Positions 50,862-62,412 of a stretch of DNA of 64,000 nt are shown piece after piece (positions within the stretch are counted from its first letter, which is position 1; each line of letters starts with the position of its first letter). This stretch comes from Candidatus Dormiibacterota bacterium. Its GTDB lineage: Bacteria > Chloroflexota > Dormibacteria > Aeolococcales > Aeolococcaceae. A program made the position numbers and the translations under genes. The stretch is taken from positions 288,001-352,000 of the forward strand of contig CAVPXI010000014.1 in NCBI GenBank assembly GCA_963709585.1, written 5' to 3'. The notes beneath the pieces are model-generated. The model did no database searches and was not told the origin of the DNA. It saw nothing but the letters and a program-made list of their open reading frames with translations.

Positions 50862-51137
50862 TCAGCTCGAGCTTGACGGCCCCTCGGGGAGCGAAGCCAG
50901 TTCATGCTCGGCAGCCGGCACCGGCTGCACCGGAGCCGGGGCGGGCGGCTCCCCCGGCGTCTCCGTCTCCGTCGCCCTGCGCACCGCTTCGCGGGTTTCG
51001 GCCGAAGCTTTCCGGAACTCACGGATGCCGCGTCCGGCTGCGGCGCCGACGTCGGGAAGCTTGCCCGGTCCCCAGATGATCAGGATGACCACCAGAACGA
51101 TGATCAGCTCGGGGATGTGTCCCGCAAACAAGTCCAT
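50862..51137 (-). CDS. tatA: Twin-arginine translocase TatA/E subunit
   Basis: ELIIVLVVILIIWGPGKLP..G...GRGIREFR. Confidence 0.88.
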   Translation of the reverse strand: MDLFAGHIPELIIVLVVILIIWGPGKLPDVGAAAGRGIREFRKASAETREAVRRATETETPGEPPAPAPVQPVPAAEHELASLPEGPSSSS

Positions 51138-51313
51138 TCCAATCTCCAGACTAGCGCTGCTGCGCAGACGCGAATGAGGCGTCTGCAGTGACACGGGCAG
51201 CGTTCGGTCGGATCCAAACGACAAAGCCGTCGCAATGGGGTTGACCGTTCGGAGGATGCCTGTTACGGTCGGGGACCGTTCACCTGTTCGGTTTCATCTC
51301 ACGGAGGCACTCG

Positions 51314-52438
51314 TTGCTCGCTCGCCGCGTGTCTCTCGCCGCCTCGGCCGGCGCGATCGCACTGCTGGTGGTCGGCTCCCCGTTCAGTCAAAGGACTGCG
51401 CTTGCTGATCAGTTCACGCAGCAGATCCAGGCGCTCTCAGCGCAGGCAGGTGCGCTCAATCGCGCGATCGCATCGCTGAGCAACGCGAGCTCGGCCGCGC
51501 TGGGGAATGCACTCTCATCGTCGCAGGCGATCGCGACCACGCAGGGGAAACTCGCGCAGGCACAGCTCGAGCTCGACCAGGCCAACAAGAACCTGGCGAA
51601 CACGAGCGCGCAAGTGCCGATCGTCCACAGTGAATACACAGCAGATCAGGCCGATCTTGCCAATATCCTCGTGCACGTCTACGAGCTGACCGATGACGGA
51701 TCGGTCACCGCAATTCTCGTCGACAGCAAGAGCTTCATGGACGCGATGGACGCGCTGACCAGCGCTGACCACGTGAGCGCGCGCGTCCAGCAGTTGGTGA
51801 CCCAGATCCAGGGCAAACGCGACCAGCTGGACCGACTGCAGAAACAACAGGAGCTCGATCAGCTGCACGCGAATGCGCTGGTCGCCAGCCTCCAGACGCT
51901 GTCCGGGCAGCAGCAGACCGAGGAGGTCGCATACCGTCAGCAGGCCTCGTCGCTGAAAGGCAAGGCCGCGACGCTGCTGGCGCAACTCCAGGGAGTGCAC
52001 GCGAAGATCGCCGAGGTACGTCGCGAGCAGGAGGCGGCTGCTGCTGCTGCGGCGGCGGCGGCTGGGGCCGGCGCCGCACAGGTCGACGGGAACGCGCTGC
52101 GGCCCTTCGCATTCGGGCCACGAATGGACGACTATCCATGGGGACAGTGCACGTGGTACGTCGCCTCACTGCGCGACGTCTACTGGAGTGGCAACGCGTG
52201 GGAGTGGGCCTACACGGCGGGCGCAGCCGGCCGACCCGAGGGCATGAGGCCGCGGGTCGGAAGCCTGGTGGTGTTCGGACCCGGCCACGGCTACAGCCAG
52301 TTCGGACACGTGGCGTACGTCGTCGGCGTGCAGGGCTCGACGAGCTTCACGGTCGATGAGGCGAACATGCTCGGTCTGGGCGTCGTCGATCAGCGCCACA
52401 TCACGTCGCTCCACGACGTCGAGGCGTTCATCTACTAG
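51314..52438 (+). CDS. Secreted coiled-coil + CHAP domain peptidoglycan hydrolase (PcsB/CwlO-like)
   Basis: Signal peptide, coiled coil, YPWGQCTWYV, GHVAYV, EAN and a terminal FIY. TTGACC-17-TACGGT lies upstream. Confidence 0.88.
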   Translation: MLARRVSLAASAGAIALLVVGSPFSQRTALADQFTQQIQALSAQAGALNRAIASLSNASSAALGNALSSSQAIATTQGKLAQAQLELDQANKNLANTSAQVPIVHSEYTADQADLANILVHVYELTDDGSVTAILVDSKSFMDAMDALTSADHVSARVQQLVTQIQGKRDQLDRLQKQQELDQLHANALVASLQTLSGQQQTEEVAYRQQASSLKGKAATLLAQLQGVHAKIAEVRREQEAAAAAAAAAAGAGAAQVDGNALRPFAFGPRMDDYPWGQCTWYVASLRDVYWSGNAWEWAYTAGAAGRPEGMRPRVGSLVVFGPGHGYSQFGHVAYVVGVQGSTSFTVDEANMLGLGVVDQRHITSLHDVEAFIY

Positions 52439-52461
52439 CTGGCACCGGCGCGAGTACGCAC

Positions 52462-53364
52462 CTGAGACGAACCCCCGCTGCGAGCGGTCTGCTGTACGGG
52501 CTCGGCGCGTACGTGCTGTGGGGTCTCTTTCCGCTCTTCTGGCCGCTGCTCGAGCCCGCGACACCCCTCGAGATTCTTTCGTGTCGCATCGTTTTCTGCT
52601 TCGCCCTCATCGCCGTCCTGCTCGCTCTTCGTCACGAGCTCCGCGGCCTGCGCGAGTTGGACCGCGGCACCGTGCTGCGCCTTTGCGCCGCCGGTATCGC
52701 GATCGCGGTCAACTGGGGCGTCTACATCTGGGGCGTGAACAACGGCCATGTCATCGAGACGAGCCTCGGGTACTTCATCAATCCGCTCGTGACCATCGGG
52801 CTCGGAGTTGTGATCCTTCACGAGCGGCTTCGCGCGGTGCAGTGGGCGGCGGTGGGACTTGGCGTCGTCGCGGTCGTGGTTCTGAGCGTCGACTTCGGCC
52901 GACCGCCGTGGATCGCGTTGGCCCTGGCGTGCTCGTTCGGTACCTACGGATTCCTCAAGAAGGGCGTGCGAGCCTCGCCGCCGGAGGGCCTGTTCATTGA
53001 GGGTGCGGTGACCAGCCTCCCGGCGCTGATCGTGCTCGCGGTCCTCGCCTTCGCCGGGGACGCGACCTTCGTCGGGCACGCAGCAACCCCGGACCACCTC
53101 ATCCTGCTCATCGCGGCGGGGCCGGTGACGGCGCTTCCGCTGCTGTTGTTCGCCGCTGCCGCCACCCGGCTCCCACTGTCCAGCATGGGCCTGCTCCAGT
53201 ACGTCACCCCGGTCATGCAGTTCGCAATCGGCGTGCTGATCCTCCGCGAGACCACATCCTTCGCGCTGCTCAGCGGGTTTGCGCTGGTCTGGATAGCCCT
53301 CGGGATGCTCGGATTCGACGGTCTCCGCCACCGGCGTCAAGCGTCCGCTGAAGTGCCCGCGTAG
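52462..53364 (+). CDS. rarD: EamA-family RarD permease (start uncertain)
   Basis: AY.LWGLFP, ETSLGYFINPL and GLLQY.TP motifs. Confidence 0.88.
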   Translation: MRRTPAASGLLYGLGAYVLWGLFPLFWPLLEPATPLEILSCRIVFCFALIAVLLALRHELRGLRELDRGTVLRLCAAGIAIAVNWGVYIWGVNNGHVIETSLGYFINPLVTIGLGVVILHERLRAVQWAAVGLGVVAVVVLSVDFGRPPWIALALACSFGTYGFLKKGVRASPPEGLFIEGAVTSLPALIVLAVLAFAGDATFVGHAATPDHLILLIAAGPVTALPLLLFAAAATRLPLSSMGLLQYVTPVMQFAIGVLILRETTSFALLSGFALVWIALGMLGFDGLRHRRQASAEVPA

Positions 53365-53533
53365 GCCAGCCGGCTCTCGGATTCACGCCGCGAACCGAGG
53401 CTCGGGGAACCATTGCTCCGCGAATCTCCCAATCCCGGCGATTTCGCCGGTGATTTTCAGACCTTTACTGCATTTTGGCTAAGTACCATAAACATTGATA
53501 AGAGCTGTCAAGGCGGATAAACTTCGTTGATCC

Positions 53534-54700
53534 ATGGATGAGCTGGCAAACCCGTACCGCCCCGGCGCTGGGACGCCGCCTCCTGCGCTGACCGGACGCG
53601 ATGACCTCATCAACCGCTTCGGGATCGCGTTCCGTCGCGCCGTCGCCGGGCGACCCGGGAAGAGCCTGCTGATGATCGGACTGCGAGGGGCGGGCAAGAC
53701 CGTCCTGCTGAACCGGTTCGCCGAGATCGCGGAGCAGGAGGGCTTCCGGGTCGGGATCATCGAGGCGCCGGAGCACGGTCATTTCCCGTCGCTGCTGGCG
53801 GCGCGGCTCCGCCGGATCCTCCTCCCGCTCAGCAGCAACGTCGTCTCGACGGCCGTGACCCGAGCGCTGCGGGTACTCAAGACCTTCACGCTGCAGCTCC
53901 CCGACGGGACACGCGTTTCGATCGACGTCGAGGCGCTCAGGGGCCTTGCGAACTCCGGGAACCTCGCGGACGACGTCACCGACCTGCTGGTCGCCTGCGG
54001 CGAGGCGGCGAGGGACCGTGGGACGGGCATCGTGCTCGCCGTCGACGAGCTGCAATATGTGGGCTCCGAGGAGCTCTCCGCGTTGATCGTCGCGATCCAC
54101 CGGACCAATCAGCTCAGCCTGCCGGTGATCGTCACCGGCGCCGGGCTTCCGCAGCTGCGCGGGCTGGCGGGAGAGGCCAAGTCCTACGCGGAGCGCCTGT
54201 TTGACTTCCCCGAAATCGGGTCGCTCGATGCCGACGATGCTCGACGGGCACTTGCCGTGCCGGCCGAGGAGAGCGGCGCCTCGATCGACGACGCGGCCCT
54301 GGACATCATGGTCGAGCGATCGCACGGCTATCCGTACTTCCTGCAGGAGTGGGGCTACCACGTCTGGAACGTGGCGCCGCAGAGCCCGATCACCGCCGAT
54401 GACGTCGATCGCGCGGCGCCGCGGGTTCAAGACCAGCTTGACCAGAACTTCTTCCGGGTTCGCCTCGACCGGCTCACGCCGCGGGAACGGGAGTACCTCG
54501 TCGCCATGGCATCGCTCGGCCCGGGACCGCACCGCTCCGGGGACATCGCCGCAGCGCTCGGTGTGCGTGTCGAGTCGGTCGCGCCACGCCGTTCGGCGCT
54601 GATCGCCAAGGGGATCCTGTACAGCCCTGCGCACGGAGACACGGCGTTCACCGTGCCGCTCTTCGACGAGTTCCTCAAGCGGGTGGACGGTCGCGATTGA
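53534..54700 (+). CDS. Stand-alone AAA/STAND-like ATP-binding protein with a C-terminal winged helix
   Basis: NPYRPGAG.PP.L.GR, GLRGAGKT, VDELQ and GYPYFLQ motifs. Confidence 0.85.
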   Translation: MDELANPYRPGAGTPPPALTGRDDLINRFGIAFRRAVAGRPGKSLLMIGLRGAGKTVLLNRFAEIAEQEGFRVGIIEAPEHGHFPSLLAARLRRILLPLSSNVVSTAVTRALRVLKTFTLQLPDGTRVSIDVEALRGLANSGNLADDVTDLLVACGEAARDRGTGIVLAVDELQYVGSEELSALIVAIHRTNQLSLPVIVTGAGLPQLRGLAGEAKSYAERLFDFPEIGSLDADDARRALAVPAEESGASIDDAALDIMVERSHGYPYFLQEWGYHVWNVAPQSPITADDVDRAAPRVQDQLDQNFFRVRLDRLTPREREYLVAMASLGPGPHRSGDIAAALGVRVESVAPRRSALIAKGILYSPAHGDTAFTVPLFDEFLKRVDGRD

Positions 54701-54737
54701 GCCCGCCGGTGGCGCACTCCCTGTAGCCTTGCCGATC

Positions 54738-55499
54738 ATGACCGACACCGAGCTCGTCCATCTCGCAATCGACGCCGGCATCGCAACCGTTACGCTCGAT
54801 TCACCCCACAACCGCAATGCGCTCTCTCGCCGGCTCATCACCGAGCTCACCGATCACCTCCGCACCGCCGGCGCTGATGGCGACGTCCGCGCGGTCGTGC
54901 TCACGCATACTGGGACCACCTTCTGCGCGGGCGCAGACCTCGCCGAAGCATCGACGGGCCCGATGACCGGAACCGCGAGCGGCCTGCTCGCCCTGCTGCG
55001 CGTGATCGTCGAGCTGCCTCGTCCCGTTATTGCCAACATCGACGGTCACGTGCGGGCCGGCGGCATCGGGCTGCTCGGCGCGTGCGATATCGTGGTTGCG
55101 GGGCCGCGGAGCACGTTCGCGATCACCGAGGCCCGACTCGAAGTCGCGGCGGCGGTCATCTCGGTGACCGTGCTGCCCCAACTCGACGAGCGCTCCGCGG
55201 CGCGCTACTACCTCACCGGCGCGACCTTCGACGCCACCGAGGCGCAACGCGTCGGCCTGGTCACGATCGCGACCGACGACGTCGACGGCGCTGTCGGAGC
55301 CCTCACCGCCGACCTGCGCCTGGCATCACCCCAGGGACTCGTCGAGTCGAAGTTCCTTGCGAACCGCAGCGTTCGGGAGGCGATCGAGCGGCATGGGGAC
55401 GCGATGGTGGAGCTGTCAGCGCGCCTCTTCGCGTCGGAGGAGGCGAACGAGGGCATGACCGCGTTCCTCGAGCGGCGACCGCCCCGGTGGTCCGCCTGA
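54738..55499 (+). CDS. Enoyl-CoA hydratase family protein
   Basis: NRNALS, FCAGADL and EGM.AFLE.R.P motifs. Confidence 0.9.
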   Translation: MTDTELVHLAIDAGIATVTLDSPHNRNALSRRLITELTDHLRTAGADGDVRAVVLTHTGTTFCAGADLAEASTGPMTGTASGLLALLRVIVELPRPVIANIDGHVRAGGIGLLGACDIVVAGPRSTFAITEARLEVAAAVISVTVLPQLDERSAARYYLTGATFDATEAQRVGLVTIATDDVDGAVGALTADLRLASPQGLVESKFLANRSVREAIERHGDAMVELSARLFASEEANEGMTAFLERRPPRWSA

Positions 55500-55534
55500 C
55501 CACACCGACCGGGGCCGAGGACATAATCCGCGCG

Positions 55535-56518
55535 GTGACCAGCGAGCCCTGGGGATCTCAGCCGTCCTCCACCGGCGCCGGCGCAAGTCCCTCGGCGGCG
55601 CTGCGCCACGTGCTTCTCTGGGCTTCGCGGCGCAGTCAGATCAAGCGGGCGGTGACATCGGCGCCGGTGACTCGGCAGGTGGTCCGTCGCTTCGTCGCCG
55701 GCGAGACCATCGAGGACGCCGTCCGCGTGACCCGGGACCTGACCGCCGGCGGGCTGCAGGTCTCGCTCGACCATCTCGGCGAGGACACCCGCGACGCCAC
55801 GACGGCACGTGCCGCGGTGGACGCATACCGCGCCCTCGCCGCCCGCCTGGCCGAGGACGGCCTTGCCACCGTCGCGGAGATGTCGGTGAAACTCTCCGCG
55901 GTGGGGCAGGCCCTCGACGAGTCCATGGCCCTCGACAACGCGCGTGTGATCTGCGACGCCGCCCGCGCCGCCGGCTCGTTGGTGACCATCGACATGGAGG
56001 ACCACACCACCACCGATTCGACGCTGCGTCTCGTCGCCTTGATTCGCCAGGACTTCCCGTCGACCGGGGCGGTGCTCCAGGCGTCGCTCCACCGGACCGA
56101 GGACGACTGCCGTGCCCTGGGGGTGCCGGGTTCGCGTGTTCGTCTGTGCAAGGGTGCATACCTGGAGCCGCCGTCCGTCGCCTGGCAACGCCCCGACGCC
56201 ATCCGTGCTGCGTACATCAACTGCCTGAGCACGCTGATCGCCGGCGGCGCGCTGCCGATGGCTGCCACGCACGACCCTAAGCTCGTCGAGGCGACCGGCC
56301 GCCTGGTCCGCGACATCGGCGGACCAGGATTCAAACACGAGTATCAGATGCTCTTCGGGATCCGCCCCGGTGAGCAGCACCGCCTCGTCGCGGCCGGTGA
56401 GACGGTGCGCGTCTACGTGCCGTTTGGCGTGCAGTGGTATGGATATCTCATGCGCCGCATGGCCGAGCGACCGGCCAACACCGGGCTCTTCCTGCGCGCG
56501 CTGATGAGCAGGCGCTGA
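55535..56518 (+). CDS. Monofunctional proline dehydrogenase
   Basis: RFVAGE, IDMED, RLCKGAY, ATHD and YLMRRMAERP motifs. Confidence 0.92.
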   Translation: MTSEPWGSQPSSTGAGASPSAALRHVLLWASRRSQIKRAVTSAPVTRQVVRRFVAGETIEDAVRVTRDLTAGGLQVSLDHLGEDTRDATTARAAVDAYRALAARLAEDGLATVAEMSVKLSAVGQALDESMALDNARVICDAARAAGSLVTIDMEDHTTTDSTLRLVALIRQDFPSTGAVLQASLHRTEDDCRALGVPGSRVRLCKGAYLEPPSVAWQRPDAIRAAYINCLSTLIAGGALPMAATHDPKLVEATGRLVRDIGGPGFKHEYQMLFGIRPGEQHRLVAAGETVRVYVPFGVQWYGYLMRRMAERPANTGLFLRALMSRR

Positions 56519-57462
56519 TGGCCGCGTCACTGCACGGCACCCGCGTCGTCGTCACCGGCGGCGCCGGCTTCATCGGCGTCCACAGCGTCGAGGCATTGCT
56601 CGAATCCGGAGCGGAGGTGCTGGTCGTCGACGACCTGCGTCACGCCTCGTACCGGCCGCTCCCCGGCGGCGCGGGTCTCGAGGTGGTGGATGTCGGCGAG
56701 GCCGCGTCGCGCGCCGCTATCGAGGGCTGGAAACCCACGGCGATCCTCCATCTCGCCGCGCAGGGCGGCGTCAACCGATCCTGGCGCGAGCCGGCGGCGG
56801 ACGCCCGAATCAACGTGCTCGGGACCGTGAGCGTGCTCGCGGCGGCGATCGCCGCCGGGTGCCGGCGGGTCGTCGTCGCGTCATCCGGCGGAGCCCTCTA
56901 TGGAGCCGCGCGCCGCCTGCCGACACCCGAGGACGAACCGGCACAGCCACGATCGCCGTACGGCACCGCAAAGCTCAGCATCGAGCACTACCTCGGCCAT
57001 TTCACGCGGGCCGGCGCCGTCGATGCGCTGGCGCTCCGCTACGGGAACGTCTACGGCCCGGGGCAGGACGGCACCGGCGAAGCGGGTGTCGTGGCGATCT
57101 CGAGCCACCGGTTGCTCGAGGGCCGGGCGCCGGTGATCCGGGGCGACGGCGCCCAGACCCGGGATTTCACCTACGTCGGGGATATCGTCGCCGCGAACGT
57201 TCTGGGGCTCACCTCGAACGTGACCGGCGCGCTCAACATCGGCACCGGCCGCGAGACCGCGGTCGGCGATCTGGTCCGCCGCCTCTGCGCGCTCGCCGGC
57301 TATGGCGGGGAGCCCGAGCGCGAGCTGCTTCCACCCGGCGAGGTGGCGCGCAGCGCCCTCGACAACTCGCTGGCCGCCGATCGCCTCGGATGGAGCCCGA
57401 GTGTCAGCCTCGACGATGGGCTGGCGCAGACGCTGGTGAGCTTCCGCGACCAGGTCCGGTGA
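56518..57462 (+). CDS. NAD-dependent epimerase (GalE-like)
   Basis: TGGAGFIG, YGTAK, RYGNVYGP and QTRDF motifs. Confidence 0.9.
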   Translation: MAASLHGTRVVVTGGAGFIGVHSVEALLESGAEVLVVDDLRHASYRPLPGGAGLEVVDVGEAASRAAIEGWKPTAILHLAAQGGVNRSWREPAADARINVLGTVSVLAAAIAAGCRRVVVASSGGALYGAARRLPTPEDEPAQPRSPYGTAKLSIEHYLGHFTRAGAVDALALRYGNVYGPGQDGTGEAGVVAISSHRLLEGRAPVIRGDGAQTRDFTYVGDIVAANVLGLTSNVTGALNIGTGRETAVGDLVRRLCALAGYGGEPERELLPPGEVARSALDNSLAADRLGWSPSVSLDDGLAQTLVSFRDQVR

Positions 57463-58689
57463 TCAGACCGCGGTGTGGGCGGCGGTGATCAGGCCGGACA
57501 CATCGAGCACCAAGGCGAGCGCCACCAGCGCGCCGATCACCGTGGCGCGTGTCGTCGAAAGCGGCCCGGTCCGCCGCCACGCGATCGTCCACGCGGTAAT
57601 CGGTGCCGCCGCGGCGACCGCGACGAGCAGGTAGCGCGCCTGCGGCTGAAGATCGAACGTGGCCGAGTTCAACACCGACTGAATCGCCGCAACCAGCAGC
57701 GCGCCGAGGAGGAGGATCGCGACCCTCCGCCGCACCGGGTCCCATCTCGCCCAGGAACGCGCCACCGCGACGCAGGCGGCGATGGTGATCACGGCGACGC
57801 CGGCGATCGCGACCGTGGCGGGCAGCGGCCGAACTCCGAGGATCGAGATCGCCACGAGATGCGCGCCGTCTCCGTACATGCCCACCAGGCTCACCGCCGT
57901 GGCGGCGAGATAGCCGCGCACCTGCGCGAATGAGTCGAAGACCTGGCGCTGCGCGGTGATCGGGTGCAACGGTGGGAGCGGACTCCCGAACTCCACGGCG
58001 TTGCGCACGAACCACCACCCTGCGAGCACGATCGTCGGCACGAGCAGCGCGGCCGCGTGGAGAGCGCGAAGCTGGCGGCCACATCGCACCACGACCAGTA
58101 CCAGGAGCAACAGCGCCAGGATCCAGACCGTCTCCTTGGCGAGCACGGCGAGGGCGACCGCAAGCCCGGCCCCGAGAGCGAGACGCGGCGTCACCACCTC
58201 GCTCTGCACCACGACGACCCCGGCGAGCACGAGCAGGGCGCCGGCGAGCCAGGCGAGGTTGTCGTCGTTGATCGCTCCTGCCAGGTACTGCGCCTCGGGG
58301 AGGAGCGCGACCAGGGCCGCGGCTCCCACGGCCAGCGCCGGCCGGAGTGGGAAGAGGCGCCGCGACACCGCGTAGACGGTGAGAATCGTGAGCACCCCGA
58401 GGACCACGGAAACCAGCCGGATGAGGTGCGGATCGTCCCCGCTCAGCCTGGCGACGATCGCCCCCAGGAGGTAGTAGAGCGGCGGTTGCTGACGTTCGGG
58501 CTCGCCAGCCGGCGGCAGCCGGAGGTGATCTGCGATGCCGTTGATGTAGTGGAGGTGGGACAGCTCGTCGGGCGACGCGCCGACCGGCGTGATCCGGGTG
58601 TAGGCGACCGCGAATCCTGCGAAGACCGCGATCACGGTCCCGAGGAGGATGCGATCAACGCGCAGCCGCTCGCCGCGAGCGACACTCAC
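57463..58689 (-). CDS. GT-C (PMT/ArnT-like, family 39/83) membrane glycosyltransferase
   Basis: PDE..H loop, QPPLYY, multiple TM helices and QARY. Confidence 0.78.
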   Translation of the reverse strand: MSVARGERLRVDRILLGTVIAVFAGFAVAYTRITPVGASPDELSHLHYINGIADHLRLPPAGEPERQQPPLYYLLGAIVARLSGDDPHLIRLVSVVLGVLTILTVYAVSRRLFPLRPALAVGAAALVALLPEAQYLAGAINDDNLAWLAGALLVLAGVVVVQSEVVTPRLALGAGLAVALAVLAKETVWILALLLLVLVVVRCGRQLRALHAAALLVPTIVLAGWWFVRNAVEFGSPLPPLHPITAQRQVFDSFAQVRGYLAATAVSLVGMYGDGAHLVAISILGVRPLPATVAIAGVAVITIAACVAVARSWARWDPVRRRVAILLLGALLVAAIQSVLNSATFDLQPQARYLLVAVAAAAPITAWTIAWRRTGPLSTTRATVIGALVALALVLDVSGLITAAHTAV

Positions 58690-60222
58690 GGGAGGGTCTG
58701 GGCGGTGTCGGCCCGGACCCACACGGTGTCCGGGTAGCTGTGGTACTCGTTCACGTATTCGCCGCCGGCGAGCAGCTTGCCGATCTCCGGGAAGAGCACC
58801 TGCGCCTGGGCGTCGACGATGATCAGCGCCGGGCGCTGCTTGGCCACGTACTGCTCGACGGGGCCGCCGTACCCGAGGAGGACCTCGTCGTTGTAGATCG
58901 GAGGCGTTGGCATGTCGACCTGCAAGTTTGCGAGGGCATAGACCCACGCGTCATAGGACCAGACGACGGCGGTGTCGCCGCTCAACCCCCGGGATGTGAT
59001 CCAGGCTGCCGCGTTCGCGTCGCCCGCCACCCGGTAGTCGAAGTCGTTCAGCCATCGTGCCCTCCAGGTCGGATCGAACGCGGCGGCGGCCGCGCCGCCG
59101 TAGTAACCGCTGAGGGTGTGCGAGTTGGTCGCCGACGGCGGGATCGGCAGCCAGTCGATACCGGCGACCTTCGCGGTCAGTATCGCGATCGCCAGGCCGC
59201 CGATCTGCAGGACCGGACCGACCAGCGAGCGCCGGCCGCCGGCACGGAACCGCTTCGACGATGGTACCGAGGCCCCCACGAGCAGCAAGGTGAGCGGCGC
59301 CACCGCTGGCTCGAGGAAGTGGGGGTAGGGTTGCCCGGCGACCGCGGTGACCACCAGGGTGGCACCTGCCCAGAGCGCGAGCACCCAGTCGAACTCGCGG
59401 GCGGCGACGGCTGGCGATCGCTCCGGCAGCGATCAGCAGCGCCGCACCGGCGGCGAGGCCGAAATGCGCGACCCCGCCTGCGGCGCTCGCCGGCAGAGCC
59501 TTCTGCGTGTAGCTCACGTAGAAGCCGGCGAGCGCGAACGCGACGGTGCCGGCGCCGGCGGTGATGACCGCCGCGGTCAGCCAGGCCACGGTGATGGCCG
59601 CGACCGTGGCCAGGAAGACGAAGGCGTCGCGGCGGCGCAGGTTCGGGGCCAGCAGCATCGCGAAGAAGAACGCCGAAGTCTCGGCCACCGCAGTCTGCTG
59701 ATAGGCGATCGCGGCGGCCATGAGCACGCCGACCGCGAGCGGCCAGCGCGGGATGCCGGGCGGGACGGCGTCTCGGTCCCCGCGAAGAATTCGCACCAGG
59801 ACGATGGCGCCCGCCCAGCTCAGGGGCGCGATCATCAGGCTCTCCGGTAGCGCGAGCTCGGCGTCGAGGAAGGGCGGGCCCAGGATCACCGCGGCAATCA
59901 CCCCCGCCACGAGCGCGCGTCGAGGCGTGTACAGACGGCCCGCTGCCCAGACGATGGCCGCGATGGTGAGCATCCCACTGATCAGCGTCAGGACGTGCAG
60001 TCCGACCTCGCTCGACCCGAAGAGCTTCACCTCCAGCGCGATCGTCCAGAGCATCCCCGGTGGCTTGTTGTTCCAGGTCTGCGAGTAGAGGACCTTGCCG
60101 CCGAGCAGTTCGCGAGCGACGTTCACGTACCCCGCCTCGTCCGTGTACCAGTGCGGCTCCATGAGTGACGGCAAACGAAGGATCACCAGCGTGACCAATC
60201 CCGGAACCGCCGCTCTCCGCAT
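58686..60222 (-). CDS. GT-C (ArnT/PMT-like) membrane glycosyltransferase (frameshift near 59400)
   Basis: WYTDE..Y, LY...W.NKPP, multiple TM helices and YPH; continues in ORF 58686..59384. Confidence 0.75.
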
Positions 60223-60966
60223 CTAGGCTCGCTCCCGGTGCGCGCCCTCCGGTCGCCAGGTCATCGCCAGCGAGACGCGAAGACGGATCACGTCGCGCAT
60301 CGCTCGGGCGACAGGGATGAGACGCCCGCCGGAGCGGCGCCCGGCGAGCCGGGGAAGATGCTCGACGCGGATCTGGATCACCCCCAATCCCAGCCGGTGG
60401 GCTTTGAAGAACATCTCGGGATTGAACACCGCCGAGCGAGCGCGGATAGGAGTGACGCCGTCCCACACCTCGCGCGTGAACGCCTTTAAGCCGCAGTCGA
60501 AATCGAGCTCGCGGATGCCGAAGGCGATGCGGACCACCCGGTTGTAGACGGCGCTCACGAATGACCGATACCAGGGGTCGGCGCGTCGAGCGCGAATGCC
60601 GGCAACCATGTCCGCATGATCGAGCGCGGCGATCACGCGACCGAGGTCGGGTGGGTCGAACTGGCCGTCGCCGTCCATGAACGCGAGGATCTTCCCCCGC
60701 GATGCCCGCAGCCCGTCGCACACCGTGATGGCGTAGCCGCGCTGCTGTCTGTGGGTCACGACGGTGAGGTTTGATGCCGCCTCCCCCATCGCGATCCGCG
60801 CCGCACCGGCGGTGTCGTCCTGGCTCGCGTCATCAACCAGGACGATCTCGTAAGTGCGACCGCCTTCGGCGAGCACCGGCATCACGTCCCGGAGGACGCG
60901 CCCGATGTTCTCAGCCTCGTTGTGGACTGGGATCGTCAGGCTGACGTCGACTTCGGCGAGCGCCAC
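60223..60966 (-). CDS. GT2 polyprenol-phosphate glycosyltransferase (Dpm1/GtrB-like)
   Basis: IPVHNE, VDDASQD, MDGDGQ and D.DCG.K motifs. Confidence 0.87.
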   Translation of the reverse strand: MALAEVDVSLTIPVHNEAENIGRVLRDVMPVLAEGGRTYEIVLVDDASQDDTAGAARIAMGEAASNLTVVTHRQQRGYAITVCDGLRASRGKILAFMDGDGQFDPPDLGRVIAALDHADMVAGIRARRADPWYRSFVSAVYNRVVRIAFGIRELDFDCGLKAFTREVWDGVTPIRARSAVFNPEMFFKAHRLGLGVIQIRVEHLPRLAGRRSGGRLIPVARAMRDVIRLRVSLAMTWRPEGAHRERA

Positions 60967-60971
60967 CGGCG

Positions 60972-62258
<1,287 letters not shown>

Positions 62259-62412
62259 TTATGAGCTCGGATTATGCCTACACGGTCCGTCCACTGGCCA
62301 CACCGAACCATCAATGCCCGCCTGAAAACCAGCGAACGCTGAGAAATCAGCGTGCCTACCCCTGTGCAAACCATCGACCCCGGAGCGGACAAAAGAGCGA
62401 CAATCAGCTTTC

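Noticed and set aside
51200-51313. c-di-AMP or c-di-GMP riboswitch upstream of the CHAP hydrolase
   Set aside because: Conserved aptamer motifs not found; only a plausible promoter.
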